This document shows, one piece after another, positions 28,001 through 39,400 of a stretch of DNA of 64,000 nt. The notes below the pieces were generated by a model. The model was not told where the DNA came from, ran no database searches, and saw only the letters and a program-made list of their open reading frames with translations. The stretch spans positions 807,940-871,939 of the forward strand of contig NMRA01000120.1 in assembly GCA_002633005.1 (NCBI GenBank), written 5' to 3'. This DNA is from Phoronis australis (Eukaryota > Animalia > Phoronida). Both the position numbers and the translations under genes were made by a program. Each line of letters opens with the position of its first letter. Position 1 is the stretch's first letter.

Positions 28001-31000
28001 TCAATACCAACCTTCAACAAAATTCAGCAAACTTGTTTGGTAGTGTTTGTCAACCCGTCCACACTGGTAAACTTCTGCTTGTGAAATCGAATTTGGTAAT
28101 GTTTGCCAATGTGGACGAGCTTTTACTCTGATGGGAAGTAACTTTCTTGGGTTTGCAAATAAGTGGCCATTGAATATTCCTTGAGACCACGTTTGGTGCA
28201 TTAAATGATCCGCCGAGACAGCCCATGAAGGCACAGACCAAGGTATCAAGCAATATTTACCGAACGGCCATGAAATTGCCTCTAATTAGATTAAGGAACA
28301 TTATGAGACCAATCGGTAAATGGTTGTGAATTAAAGGTTGTTTTTATGGAAGGCGCCGGGGTTTCATAACACTTTAGGCAGACTTTTGCCAATGTCTAGT
28401 TCCAGATATGTAGCGTAGTGCTAAGCAACAGAGTATCATACTGATTATACTCACAATACACGCTTATTTCGAATTTATCCATAAATTCTTCATTTGGGTT
28501 AAGGGTGCCGGTGTATTCAAATTTGCCTTCGTGGAGAGGACCCGCGTAGAACGCTTTCACTTCGAATCGAAGCTTCTGAACCGCCAAGTGCACACCTTCT
28601 TTTAGATTTGGCGGGAACTCCCACGTGTGCTTTATGAATGGAAGCCTGAAAGTAGAACAGAACTTGATTTTCGCACCTTCATTAACTTTTTCACAACTAA
28701 AAGTTCCGGTTCTGACCGGTTACGACTGATTACGACCTTGGTCTGCCCGGTTCTGACTATTGTTCTTGAAGCCACTATCAGTTATATGATTTTAAATCTG
28801 TTTTTACGTGTTCGCCTCCAATTGGTTCCGACCAGTTTTGACTGGTTCTGACCCCTCCCTACCGATTTCGATTCAATTTCATGCTTTTAATGTGGGTTTT
28901 ACGTGTTCGCTTCCAATTGGTTCAGACTGATTCTGACGGATTCAGACCGGTTCAAACCGCTCACGACTATGGTTTTTCGATCCCCAATCGCCTCTCAATT
29001 ATTTGTTGGTTTATCAGGCCCGTTCCTGGGTTCCGACAGGCTCTGGTTCCAACCGGTTCCTACCGGTGCCAACTTGTGCCAGCCGATTCATACCAGTTCC
29101 AGCCAGTTTCGAAGGACATTTTCACGTCACAGCGTTGGCTGAGGTGTCTTAGACGGTGCCGCGGTTTCCAATTCTTTGCTTCTAACTCTGGCTTTTAAAC
29201 TGATGCTTTGGTTATGTTCATTTATGGGATAACAGAATCAGGAAATTTGGCCTAACTGTTAAGGGGTTGTCCCATTGGAGATTTATTTCTTCACGTTGAA
29301 ATTAACGCATTGTATGGCGGACCATTACGGCCAAAAAAAAATGGTCGTTTGAAAAGTATCTTAGTTTAACGAGATAGCTAAGTTGCTATAACGAGATGTT
29401 GTACCACAATATTGGCCTCGAATGGCAAATATAACCGTGTAATAACCCATTTGGTTATCTCACTAGTGAGATAACATTTTGGCGGGAAACCGAGGCCGGT
29501 TTCGCGTCGCCGACTTTACCACTACACCATCGAGCGTGAAAATATAATACTTAAAGGAGCACGCGCAATAATCCCATGTTCAAAAAAGGTCATTGTACTG
29601 ACATTTATACGCTATAAAAAATAAGACGCATAATTTCCATAAAAACGATATCTTAATTCAGTGAAATTTTTCACTTAAGTTCCCTCACTTGTAAATCACG
29701 GATCTCCAATTTGAATGCGGGTATCGTGTCGTCTGTATCTTTTGCCTTGCTAATTATACTTAGTTACCAGTGGTAACCTACTTTAGCAGACGATAGTTTC
29801 CCGGTCGAAGCTTAGCGTGATAAAATGTGTTTTAAGCTATGATAGTTGGAAAACTTTAATTTATAAATTCACTTTATTTCTATTTTGTTTAAATTTTCAA
29901 CCGGTTTTCAGTAAAAGCATTATTTGACAAAAATAGCTCAGCTGTTCTTAAAAGGTCACGACCTCAGACCCCGGGCCTCTGAGATAGAAAGTAGTTACAA
30001 AGCCGAGGCGAGTCCAGAAAGGTAAATCGATTCATTGCAATGTTTCTCGTTTAGTATGTTGTATAAATAGATTATTACATGTTCTCAGCCGTTATCCCCT
30101 TTATCTAGAGCCCTCGTGGATTTTGTAGAGTTATCACCCTCGGGGCTAATGCCCCTTGGGCGATAATTCTTCAAAATTCACTCGGGCTCTAGATAACGGG
30201 GAAAAACGACTTCGTCATGTAATAATCTATGTGTATCTCGTAAAATGTAACGAGATACTATATCCTTACAACGTGGTAATTGACATTTTTGTGTTCTATT
30301 AATTTGGTCCTAATACTCCGCCGTGCAAACGTGAGCTACCAACTCGGAAAGTAACTGGTGTTGAAGAATCCTAATAATTATAATGTTTAGAGAAGAGAGA
30401 ACAAGTTTTCTGAGCCTCATATCCACGTCAGCTCAATATAGTCAGAGATTAGTTATAGGTGCATACTAACCGAATGGTGTGTCTAATGCTGTAGTTCAAT
30501 TTGGTGATCGAACCGGCGAACTACGTCAAGTGGACCTACCTTTTGAACTTTCCATGTCAGAGAGCATTGTTAAAAGCATTGCGGGAGGAGGATATGGAAA
30601 ACAATTTCACATTACCGCATTGCACTCGACTGATTCAACGCGTATGGGATAAAAAACATTTTATCAATTAATTTCTGAGTTCATTCATATTTTGTTGTAT
30701 ATCGAAATAACAAATTTTATGCAGCCACAAGTATTATTTTAAGTTCTATTTAAGCAACAACCTGCTTATACATTTTTTTCTAAACACATGTTACTATTGG
30801 ACTCACCGGTTTCATGAGCACGTCAGTCATTATCATCACTATTATCATCACCATTTTCATCACACTGGTATTCCAATTTCACTAAGATTCACTGCATCAG
30901 TCAGAGCTTTTAATAATCATTTTGTCATTATCCGTTATCATCAGCATTATCATCTTTATCACTAATCATTCAAATTCGTCAAGAGTTATTGTACAAGAGT

Positions 31001-34000
31001 TATGTTACTTATAATCATGTTGTCGTCCTTATCATAATCATCATCAAACATTATCATCATCGTTTTCGTTTACCATTCAATTCTGCGAAGAGTCACTCTC
31101 CCAAACGCTCGTATTAGTTGCACATTTGCTCAACTAGGTTTTATCAACGTGGCTACATGTTTTCTGCTTAAATGGTGTGTTGAAACCCTAGCGGAATGTT
31201 CGGTAATACAACATAAAACATGTCGCTCTTGTCAGATTTCAATTATGACCACACTGCGTTTCTCAAGCCAAAAATGCGAAACGTGAAGAAAATTCATTTA
31301 GTTACTTCCTACGATAACTGCTACATGATATCAATCCATTTCGGTCAAACTGGTCATAAATGTATGTGATATTCCTAGAAATGCGTCATTGAAACACAGT
31401 AGGCAATAATTATAACTTTGGGAAAATTTACCATAAAATTTTAACCCATATATTCTTGTTTGGGAATAGAATTATTTTAAGAAACAACGAGATCTGATGA
31501 ATGAAAAAGGTGCCAATGAAAAAGCATCCATTTCCATCCGCTTTGTGCGAACACGCATGCAAGCTCATGGTCACAACCATGCAAGGATGCAAAAAAGATA
31601 GTGATGATTGTCGTGAATAGCTTTTGCCTTAAAGCGTATTTAAAATAACATTGCAAATAACATTACAGTTTCGACACGTTCAATGACTTTTCGGAAAGTT
31701 CAATGACTTTTCGGAAACATGTTGCCTAAGTCTAAAACACCCATTTGGACGTTATCTTGCCTATATTCCAAACGGAGTCCCTAGTAACTTTGTTTAGCGG
31801 AACGGCCGGCGGTAGATTCATCTCAGTATAAAATAAACTTACCCTGCGCCCATTATCACCTTCATTGTAAAATTAGAGCCAGCGATGACCGTGCGTTGCT
31901 GATACCTCGTTTGATTCGCCGGGTACACAAATCTAGTAATTGTCTCTTGTTTCTCAGCTGAAATTCAAATCGGGGTCGAAAATTAATGTCAAAACACGCT
32001 CACTCTTTATCATCGATGTGACGATAGAACGAAACCCTCCTATCCCTTTCCATGTGAGTCTTTTGAAATCTGGCTGCAAAAGAGCTAGCAAAACTTTTAT
32101 AGTTTTGGGGTAAATCAAACGTCCAGCAAAGCGTCGGCAAAAGTGACCCTTGCGACCGGTCGATACGCGGAATAAGGTCGAGTGAGATATTATTTCATGT
32201 ACGCCAATCGAGATACGTTTTGTATTTATCCCATGCGCTTCGAATTCCTAAGTTTCTTACATTTTTTCGTCAGATTTTTCAAATACTTCCCCCAGACTGT
32301 TCACATGGCGGATCACATCCTACATGTATGTTCTTGCGCGTTAGGTTGCAAGTTTTCTCTTGAAAAAGAAACAGCTTTAAAAGTAACGATTTATTTCTTG
32401 AAAAGAGGTAGCAAAGATGAAAACAACGACAATTGTGCAGTGAACTTGTTGTAACATCTCCTGGAAATAGTTGAAAAACCAACAATATTTAATATTTTAA
32501 TTTCCTAGGAATCGGCGCAGACGATACAGTATTCAGCAATTGAAAACTGAGACATAAGTGTCTTATAATTAACCGTTTTGTTCCAGATTTTACGTTTAGG
32601 ACCTGGTTGCATGTCGAGTGTTAGTTACACAGCTGCAACTGTATTACTTTAAACTATATTCGCAAAGTTTGATGATCGAACCGGCTGAAGACGTCGAGTA
32701 GACATTGACCTACCTTTTGAACTTTCCATGTCAGGGGTCGCTGTTGAAGTAGTGCGGGAGGTGATTACGGAAAACTTTATTACATGGCCATATTTCCCTC
32801 GGCAGATTCAACGCGCATGGGATAATATCCAGCTGTTTTGCGCTTTTTTTGAAGCTGCATCAAACCTTTAGTTATTTTTTCTTTTTTCGGTAGGCAATGT
32901 ATATATCTCGGTGACTAATAACAAACACAATCCGCAATTATAAGAAATTATCCCAGTAATTGTGGTATAGCACATATTTTCTGTTTGAGTGCACTATCTT
33001 TGACTTATCATGATGCAAATAGCAACTCTCCATTCTTACACGCAACAGTAATGTTCGATGTAACTCACTGGGACCTTTCTTTAATTTGACGCCATCTGCC
33101 GGCAGCACCTGTCCTGTTTTGCCATTGGTCTGAAGACATACTAACACCCAGGACTTGCGATAGTCATTTTCTTGCGTTTTCGTTATGTGTGCCTGGCCAG
33201 CAATTCCAGTTTTTATTGTTTCATCTAGAAAAAATATCACTTACAGGAATAGCAATTATCCTCGGAATCACCTTTTAAGGTTTATAAAAATATCAAAAAT
33301 CTAGAGCTAGGGGTGCGCAAGCTAGACACAGAGGTTGAAATTTTATTCAATTGAGGAGGTTCCAACTGAAAGCGAATTCATTGTATCACTAGCGTCACGG
33401 CTCTTGTCGTTCTCAAAATTCTCGAAGCACGGTTTAGACGTTGACCTGATGAGTATTCTTATAAATTGTTGTTCATGTCATTCTTCATGTTATATTGATT
33501 GATGTGTAGGTACATCTATCATGACTATTAAATGAAGGAGATTTTATTAATTTTGCCATTCTCATAAAAATCAGGTCATACAATGAGATCAGTTAACGCC
33601 TATTAAAATTTTTTGTCAAACAAACTGCTTATTTTCAAGTTTTCCACTTTTAAACCCGCTAAAATACCTTCACTAATTACAAAGCATTCAGCGGTGCACT
33701 GTCAATTCATAATTATGACTAACTCAGTCACAGTACTAAAAAAAGTCTGAACACTGAATCTCTTGTAAGGAAATCGCCTCTAATATAGAACCGAGAGGTA
33801 CGGTTACTGTTCAGCAATACTACTTGTTTTGCACTATTTCGCCGGAAGCTTCTGTCTGATCACTGAATTATTGCAAAGCTCCAATATTCAAAGTCGTTTA
33901 TTTCATACGATGATCTCGGTTATTTCCTGTTTGTTTCCGTCGTAGTTAAATTGGAGTGATGCAGGCATTCAAGTGATAACAACATGTTTTTAAAGCAAAA

Positions 34001-37000
34001 CTAATTATTTCTGGGACGACATTTCAAAAAACGACTCCATATCTGACATAACTGCGTGGAATTGAAATAGTGTTTCACCTAACACAGGTACAAACTGTAT
34101 CCGGTCTGATTCCTCCACCGGTTCGGTCGTTTCCGGTTCTCCAATCATCTGCCATACGTAGGAGATTTGTTGAAACGGGCAAGACTCGTGGAAAGGGTGA
34201 CAAGGGATTTCCGCTGTCTGGCCTGGATAAGAATAGGCCTCTCTTGAGCTCGTTCCAGATTTCTTTTTCATGTCTGCAACGTTGAAAATGTTTGCTGTCA
34301 ACATCTAGCCTTAGCTGAGGTTTATATCAAATATTCGTGGTCATTAAGACGTAAATAATCACATGAAGCCAATATTTAATAGGACATTGTAAATCGAATA
34401 ACTGATTGTCCCGGTATTTTGTCACAGTGTATTTCGTAAAAACAAAGATTAAATGCATATTACGTTCTCCAGCACTAGAAATTTCCGTTTAGCCCGCACG
34501 TATATGTGCAACGGTTAATTCCGTTGATCCATAATTTCGTGTAGAAATAAACCGAGAAAAACATCAGAGTCCTGGGCACTACTGGTCCGCAACTGAACTG
34601 CCAACACGCAGCCGGCCATAACCCACTAACTAACACAACAAGTCCATTCAGTTGCTATATTTTCAGATAGCCTATATGGTGAGACTTCCATTGTACAACA
34701 TCCGAGAGAGTCAAGCGACGCCACAAATGGCAGTAGGGAATTACATCGTCCTAGATGCCGCAGGCATACAGGAGCGATACATGGGCTGCGCAGCACTGAA
34801 AAAAGTGGGGGGTTATATGTAGCCCCCCCGCCCAGCCCCCTATGGTGCGCCGCCCATGCGATAGTACATCAAAAAAAAATTACTCATTTCAAAATGCAGC
34901 AAATAAAATAAAATCAGATGGACCATGCATATAGGAACATGGAGTTACAATTAACACATAGCATGATTCTGGATACAATTTTGTCAGCGTAACTTGAACA
35001 AATCCATGAAAATCTGTCGCGGTTTGCTCGAGTTTCTCTTACCGGGTGCCATTTTGAAGAAGTTGGGTGAAATCACACATGTTGCCGAATAAAAAGTCCA
35101 AGGGACACATATCTTTCAAGTGTGACCTGATGGCTTCCCATGCTATTTAGCGAGTGTCACGCGCCAGCGTCACGCGGTTCGCTCAGTTAAAATACTTTGT
35201 GGTTATCGTGCGCGTGGTGAAAAAGTTAACAAAGACCAAAAAGTGGAGTTGGAATTCTTCTCCAAATTTTCCTTAATTGTAGTACTTATACTTCATCGAA
35301 GATAAGTGTACACGTAAAAAGGACCACTGAAGAAAGTAAGCGCCTTTTAAGTCATAGTTTTAAGTGTGAATGTATTCTTGACGAAGTGAAAACTCTCAAT
35401 CGGTGAGCAGGTTTGGCCTAGCGCCCGTTCAAAATTCACCGGACGAAATTCGTACAGAAGCGATGGGAAGTATTGCAGCCCGTAACAGGCCAATCGTGGG
35501 GCTAACATGGCAGTTGCCCTGGTTTAACACTAAATTGGGCTTTTCTCAAATGAGTCATAGATACGCAATTTTTCTGTGAATCAGTATTTTGCAAACACGG
35601 AGAAACGTGTACTAAAGATAATTGATGACGTGAATTTCTTATTTTTCCTTGTATTCACAGAAAGACGGTGCCACAAACATTTTCAAACAGAAATTCTCAA
35701 ACAAAAACTCTCAAACAAAAACTCTCAAACAAAAATTCTCAAACAAAAATCCGTAAACCTGTCACGAAGTAGCCCCTGAACGGCAAAGGAAATGTCGATG
35801 TTTTTATCCATGTTCGCGCCATCAAACACGACATGTCCGTTGATTGAGACCGGATGTGAAGCCAAAACAAGTGGCAGTCTTTTGTACTTCAGGACGGCAA
35901 ATGTTTGTGAAGGTCACGTGAACAGAGCAGAGTATGATTCTTTTTCAATCCAGGTATATTTCGAACAACATGGAAGGCAGCTAGAACATTTCTTTGAAAA
36001 TATTTGTTTGACAAAACTGTCAAACAAAGGCCAGTACAAACTGAAACAACTGACTGTTGGATAGCGGTAAATGTAGCTACTTTAATAAGCATCTGTAGAC
36101 TGGGGTGTTCATAACTCACAATACACTCGTAAACGAGCTGGCCTTGAGATGTCGCCACCGTGGCTATTTTCGGCAAAACACTGGAAATAGGTGTCGTCGT
36201 TTCGCTGCTCTTTTGTCGCTGGGGGTTCCAAATGAGTGACGCGAAGCGTTTGACCATGGTTGCTTATTACGTACTTTCTGTAGCTATTCGCTATTTGTGT
36301 GGAAGGCGGGTCTCCCTTGAACCAAGTGATCCTAAAAGAAAAAAGAGAGCTGAGACTCCGGATCCCGTGGCTCAAGGCAACCGGGTCCTCCATAGAAACA
36401 ACTCAGATTCTTTGGGGTTTTTCATCTCCACTCACTTCTCTTAATCTTCCTAGGAAGTTAGAGCCATAACAGATGTCGTGTATGAGCTTAACTATCAACG
36501 TCAAACAGATTGTTTCTGATGAAAGCTCTTTATGAAGGAGTTTCAACCACTATACATCTACGAGAGAAAGAGATTCTTAGCTGACAGACAAAAAGTACCA
36601 TTAAAACAGTCTAGCTCCTTGATCTGAAATCCAATCATAAAAAGGCCGTCAATGAAATTCGTATATCATGTTCTGTTTATTTTGAAAAAAACGTCATGTT
36701 TGTAGGCCTGGTATCAACATTTCAGTGTGCCGTTTTATGTGTAGTGTCGTTTTCAGACTAACTGGGGATTGAAAGGTCTTAGTTGAGTACAGTTGTTGGC
36801 GTTCGATGTCATGCACCATTTTGTTGTAGTCGTGCAGACTAAGACGTCAAACTGAAAGACCTATCAAAGGCGTTAGACGCCCTGCATCAGTTTCCGGAAG
36901 TCACGCTGACAATACTATGTAAAGCGTGCAATACCATTTTGTGTATAGTCATTCTGAAAGAGTTATCTAAAGAGCCGGACGCCATGCATCAGTTTGTGTC

Positions 37001-37514
37001 ATGCAGGCAGACCAAAATAAAACGTTCGATTCATGCACCAGTATCAGGATATTGGCTGTCAGATCTATCTAAGCTCTTTGTTTCTCCTTTTTCACTTATG
37101 TAGGAGACATATTGGTAAACATATCCAGGTATTCGGTGCAATACGGTTGGATTTATGGAATCCATTCTATACTAACTACGGCAATCGATATTGTGTACCA
37201 ATATATGGCAGTTAAATTGGCAAACACATCTAAGACGTTTGATGCCATGTTTCATTCATTTTCAGTTGCTAAACTGAGATCATCTGAAATGAAAACAGAC
37301 TTCCTGTGTCTGCTTGCTGCATATCAAATGACACAGGCAACAGATGATGAACTTTGCACTTCAATTTGTCGTCAGGTATTGTGTGATACTTAGGCATACA
37401 GTGTACGTACGTACTTTGGTCTGGGTAATCCAGCCACCACGCAAGTGAATTCGACGTCAGCTTTTTCATTACCTCCGACATCCTTGGGGCCTTGAATGAT
37501 TTTTGGTGGTTCCT
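1..37514 (-). CDS. Gene B (partial, spliced): 4 Ig-like domains (L1/contactin-like) followed by >=12 Sushi/CCP-like domains
   Basis: Manual splicing of 37514-37415, 36331-36120, 34273-34079, 33224-33069, 31957-31843, 28645-28455, 27366-27127, 24054-23881, 22095-21877, 21673-21362 and then the array exons gives one open frame with matching phases. The gene exits the window on the left. Confidence 0.8.
1127..1366 (-). CDS. Gene B Sushi-like exon, type A (240 nt)
   Basis: cattcag| ... GAGAAAG|gtaaaa; VPSCKLDL...ITLQC...FTC...WNPTLSPCTEK. Confidence 0.85.
2598..2819 (-). CDS. Gene B Sushi-like exon, type B (222 nt)
   Basis: tattaag| ... ACAAAG|gtaatt; LPSCELVL...VTLVC...FTC...WTPAFSPCSNK. Confidence 0.85.
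3593..3832 (-). CDS. Gene B Sushi-like exon, type A (240 nt; absent from ORF track)
   Basis: cattcag|CT GCA CCT TCG TGC (APSCNIDFVKLSAKW...) with an open frame to GAGAAAG|gtaaaa. Confidence 0.85.
6153..7375 (-). pseudogene. THAP zinc-finger gene split by an insertion
   Basis: MSAKKTYGGYTCCVPGC...SFYVFP...REKWINNIRR...LGH|RVCSEHFPGGKKTY once 6446-7182 and one TSD are removed; a DHSY (HCF-binding-type) motif follows in a shifted frame. Confidence 0.85.
6446..7182. mobile_element. Non-autonomous hAT-like element, 737 bp
   Basis: Perfect 8-bp TSD GATGGCCC (6438-6445, 7183-7190); TAGGCAA/TTGCCTA termini; second copy at 34731-35521. Confidence 0.85.
11464..11685 (-). CDS. Gene B Sushi-like exon, type B
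   Basis: 222 nt, AG/GT bounded, 4 Cys + Trp conserved. Confidence 0.85.
12348..13622 (+). mobile_element. Kolobok-like DNA transposon (internal gap at N13505)
   Basis: TTAA TSD, AGG...CCT ends, near-perfect TIRs of about 85 bp or more; empty site present in paralogous units; THAP ORF plus an LFRRCQVCG...WKCVAGH segment. Confidence 0.85.
12613..13065 (+). CDS. THAP-domain N-terminus of a Kolobok-like transposase (truncated or frameshifted)
   Basis: MPHCCCVPEC...LHRFP...W...RVCGKHF...LKKHAISSL gives the C2CH THAP signature. Confidence 0.8.
   Translation: MPHCCCVPECTNYRLTRALGVPLHRFPMDDTLRRTWLRVREKNAALLVHATYKAVENYRVCGKHFLPSGYERDLYAELMKVPAKQRLKKHAISSLLIPGSAPSPTPRSAFLKREASQAVASTVTGASRGTSSTVTRSSERTPRACNSWNQ
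13740..13979 (-). CDS. Gene B Sushi-like exon, type A
   Basis: 240 nt, cattcag| ... G|gtataa. Confidence 0.85.
15201..15422 (-). CDS. Gene B Sushi-like exon, type B
   Basis: 222 nt, tattaag| ... G|gtaatt. Confidence 0.85.
16198..16437 (-). CDS. Gene B Sushi-like exon, type A
   Basis: 240 nt, cattcag| ... G|gtataa. Confidence 0.85.
17659..17880 (-). CDS. Gene B Sushi-like exon, type B
   Basis: 222 nt, tattaag| ... G|gtaatt. Confidence 0.85.
18660..18899 (-). CDS. Gene B Sushi-like exon, type A (first of the tandem array)
   Basis: 240 nt, cattcag| ... G|gtataa. Confidence 0.85.
21362..21673 (-). CDS. Gene B divergent Sushi-like exon 2 with N-terminal linker (312 nt)
   Basis: tttttag|GA ... 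ATA G|gtatat; APCQL...GSSIILRC...FNDG..KSFTCSKNSGSWKPPLSGC. Confidence 0.8.
21877..22095 (-). CDS. Gene B divergent Sushi-like exon 1 (219 nt)
   Basis: tttccag| ... A|gtaagt; LPPCYI...GQSVTLLC...FSDD..KSFTC...WVPTLSSC. Confidence 0.85.
22518..22673. mobile_element. Short hAT-like MITE
   Basis: CAGTGGCGGA...TCAACCCCTG termini; flanks GAATT/GAATG. Confidence 0.45.
23881..24054 (-). CDS. Gene B Ig4 C-terminal half
   Basis: catttag| ... A|gtaagc; ELTLLNIKKPVRVQCLIGNKLGYTMQSALVNV fits Ig E-F-G strands. Confidence 0.75.
25012..25089. repeat. (TA)n microsatellite
   Basis: Seen directly. Confidence 0.95.
25300..26300. mobile_element. ~1-kb MITE with long degenerate TIRs
   Basis: 25300-25470 is an imperfect reverse complement of 26150-26300 (cacgaacccc..ctttaa / ttaaagg..gggttcgtg; tcggacagga / tcctgtccga). 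Confidence 0.6.
26680..27080. mobile_element. PIF/Harbinger-type MITE
   Basis: CAG TSD, GGCCCGGTCTC...GAGACCGGACC ends, inverted repeats of about 90 bp. Confidence 0.75.
27127..27366 (-). CDS. Gene B Ig4 N-terminal half
   Basis: tctttag|; PPAF...VEQGGSATLTC...TWFVNG fits I-set A'-B-C strands. The donor position is uncertain by a codon. Confidence 0.8.
28455..28645 (-). CDS. Gene B Ig3 C-terminal part (Cys-less)
   Basis: ctttcag|G ... T|gtgagt; phase 2-1 fits the neighbours; LPFIKHTW...HEGKFEY...FEISVY. Confidence 0.75.
28700..29110. repeat. Degenerate ~10-bp repeats (ccggttctga-like)
   Basis: Recurrent ccggtt/tctgac/ttccga words, possibly subterminal repeats of a DNA transposon. Confidence 0.55.
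29313..30324. mobile_element. Nested MITE cluster
   Basis: Outer imperfect TIRs (tggcggaccattacggccaaa / tttggtcctaatactccgccg) enclose a palindromic element. Confidence 0.5.
30067..30230. mobile_element. 164-bp palindromic (fold-back) element
   Basis: ATAGATTATTACATG...CATGTAATAATCTAT ends and an inner tatctagagccc/gggctctagata pair. Confidence 0.75.
30830..31070. repeat. Degenerate (ATC)n tract
   Basis: Seen directly. Confidence 0.7.
31843..31957 (-). CDS. Gene B Ig3 N-terminal part (not in ORF track)
   Basis: atttcag|CT ... GG|gtaagt; EKQETITRFVYPANQTRYQQRTVIAGSNFTMKVIMGAG; phase 1-2. Confidence 0.75.
33069..33224 (-). CDS. Gene B Ig2 C-terminal half
   Basis: ttttctag| ... A|gtgagt; GQAHITKTQENDYRKSWVLVCLQTN. 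Confidence 0.75.
34079..34273 (-). CDS. Gene B Ig2 N-terminal half
   Basis: gttgcag| ... G|gtgaaa; GQTAEIPCHP...ISYVW...SDRIQF resembles L1/contactin Ig2. Confidence 0.8.
34731..35521. mobile_element. Second copy of the 6446-7182 element, with a nested 79-bp MITE (34780-34858)
   Basis: Collinear similarity along its length; the nested CATGGGC...GCCCATG element has a CGATA duplication. Confidence 0.8.
36120..36331 (-). CDS. Gene B Ig1 C-terminal part
   Basis: cttttag|G ... T|gtgagt; ITWFKG...TLRV...DDTYFQCFAENSHGGDISRPARLRVY. Confidence 0.9.
37415..37514 (-). CDS. Gene B Ig1 N-terminal part (not in ORF track)
   Basis: cttgtag|AG ... AA|gtacgt; EPPKIIQGPKDV...VEFTCVVAGLPRPK, a typical I-set start. 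Confidence 0.9.
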
Positions 37515-37610
37515 CTACAAGACACAAAGACAGGTTCATTTTCGATCGAGTTCAGTAGGATTGTAGAATGGATTATTTGCGTGATAGGAAACAGGGTGTT
37601 TTTGTCCTAC

Positions 37611-37708
37611 CTCTCTTGGCGTCCAATAGCGCAAAAGAATTCGCTTGGGGTTTGCAAGGCCTCGTCCTAGCTGGTTTTCCACATGCAGGTCCATACACTT
37701 TTTATTGC
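37611..37708 (-). CDS. Possible gene B N-terminal exon
   Basis: Donor AGAG|gtagga in phase 1 and an open frame ...PACGKPARTRPCKPQANSFALLDAKR. The acceptor is weak and its position uncertain. Confidence 0.35.
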
Positions 37709-39352
37709 GTTTTTGTTAATAGCTGCATGTAAAGCGTTTATGAAAAAGCATACGTCCAGTATATTGCACATTTATCCATAATCCACCACAGAAACGTGTA
37801 CGCATGGTTCATTTCTCAGAAAGGGCTCTCAATAAACTAAAAAGAGTTGTATAAAGAAGTGAAAAAAGCATCTTGCTTTGTTTTCTGTCGTCAGCTATTC
37901 GACCGTTAGGCCTAAAGGACAGAATTTTCAACTTCCATTCACAGGTTTCTGAATTTTGCAAGACAATGCAGGTGAAGCTATGAAAAGCGAAACCGCAAAA
38001 ACTGTTTTTGCAGTGAAACATAATTATCAGTAGGCATACCTTATTTTATTTCATGGAGAATTGTTCAAATATTTCAGCTGAAAAGCTTCTGATAAATTAG
38101 TACTGCATGTATACGGAATAGTTGGTGATAAGGAAGTGAGCCATAGACTCTCAATGTTAGAAACAATCTGGGGAGAGTCCCATTGACAGAGAATCATGTT
38201 AAAGAGCAAGACCACTCAAAATCACGGGAATGAAAACCGAGTGTTTCGCCAAAATGTTTGGTACATTGCCAGCATACCCTAGTAAAATAGTGATGGTTAA
38301 GTGATTGGTTGGTGTGGCTGGAATGTTGTAGCGGGAGTTTGAGGTCTGTTCGGTGATAAATTCAAATTATTAGTCCATGAAATACAGACATGAGAACATA
38401 GCTGTGTGTTTTAATTTTAGACTTGCGTTTTTTTTTTCAGTTCTATCCCGGACAGTGGGTCGGAACCCGATCAGGCCCCTCGCTGCCGGACTGAAGACAT
38501 CACGAACATAAACCAGCCAAAGTGGGAAACTAAACTTCCAGTCACGAAAAGACTATATTGGTGAGCTAAATAAAAAAATGTACACGTGAACCGCCAGGGC
38601 AAAAGTTGTACAGTAACTATGACTCGAATAATGCATATGAATATCTAAATAAAGATTACCCTAACATCTGACCATAGGACATCAAATGGAGTTATTGTTT
38701 CACAACAGCTTTCTGTCAGCAAACACTGAATTAGCAGGCGCTCACACCGCCTAGGTGCCCGGTCAATTAGTTTATTGCATCTAAATCCGTCAAAAACTTA
38801 TTCATTGCTGGCCTCTCAAAACATTTGCACTCACGAACACTCCAAGGCATTACAGATTGTATCAAATGAGACAGAATCATCCACACAGATATTCATTATT
38901 GCAAAAATATAAAAAATAAAACTAAGTTCTACACATCCTTCAGGCTCAGTGGAGACCAACAAGGTATTTATCAAACGTTGGTGCAAGAAATTATACAGTG
39001 ATCAACAACCACATATCTTATTTTTTATTTTTCATCACTACCATGCCCAATAGCTTCTGTCGTCTGCTGACTGAATGTTTAGCGGCATTGATGGCCCGAA
39101 ACAACCAATCAAATTTGAGAATTTTTTCATTCGTCCAAAGAAGAACACTCCAAGCCAATTGCTCGACGAATACTCGTTGTTCATCCAAGTCATTCGTCGG
39201 GACGGATCGTTCGTTAATTCGTCTTTGTTCTGACGAAGAAGCGGCCAGCTTTTCGTGTTTGGTGTCATGAAGCAAAACATGGCGACGTCAAGAACCGCTC
39301 ATGGAGAATAACAACAAGTCCATATCCCCTCCAGTCTCCGAGCAATACTTAC

Positions 39353-39400
39353 GGAAGGAGTTTGCAACGTGGAGCAACATATTCAACGTTAGTAAACTAT
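39353..39400 (-). CDS. Possible signal-peptide micro-exon of gene B
   Basis: ttattacag| 48 nt |gtaagt, phase 1-1, hydrophobic SLLTLNMLLHVANSF. Confidence 0.3.

Noticed and set aside
29485-29535. tRNA gene on the minus strand
   Set aside because: Only an A-box-like 5' piece (GGTGTAGTGGTAA) is present, with no full cloverleaf; probably a SINE fragment.
35759-35980. Extra exon between Ig1 and Ig2
   Set aside because: It contains an in-frame TGA, and Ig1 joins Ig2 in frame without it.
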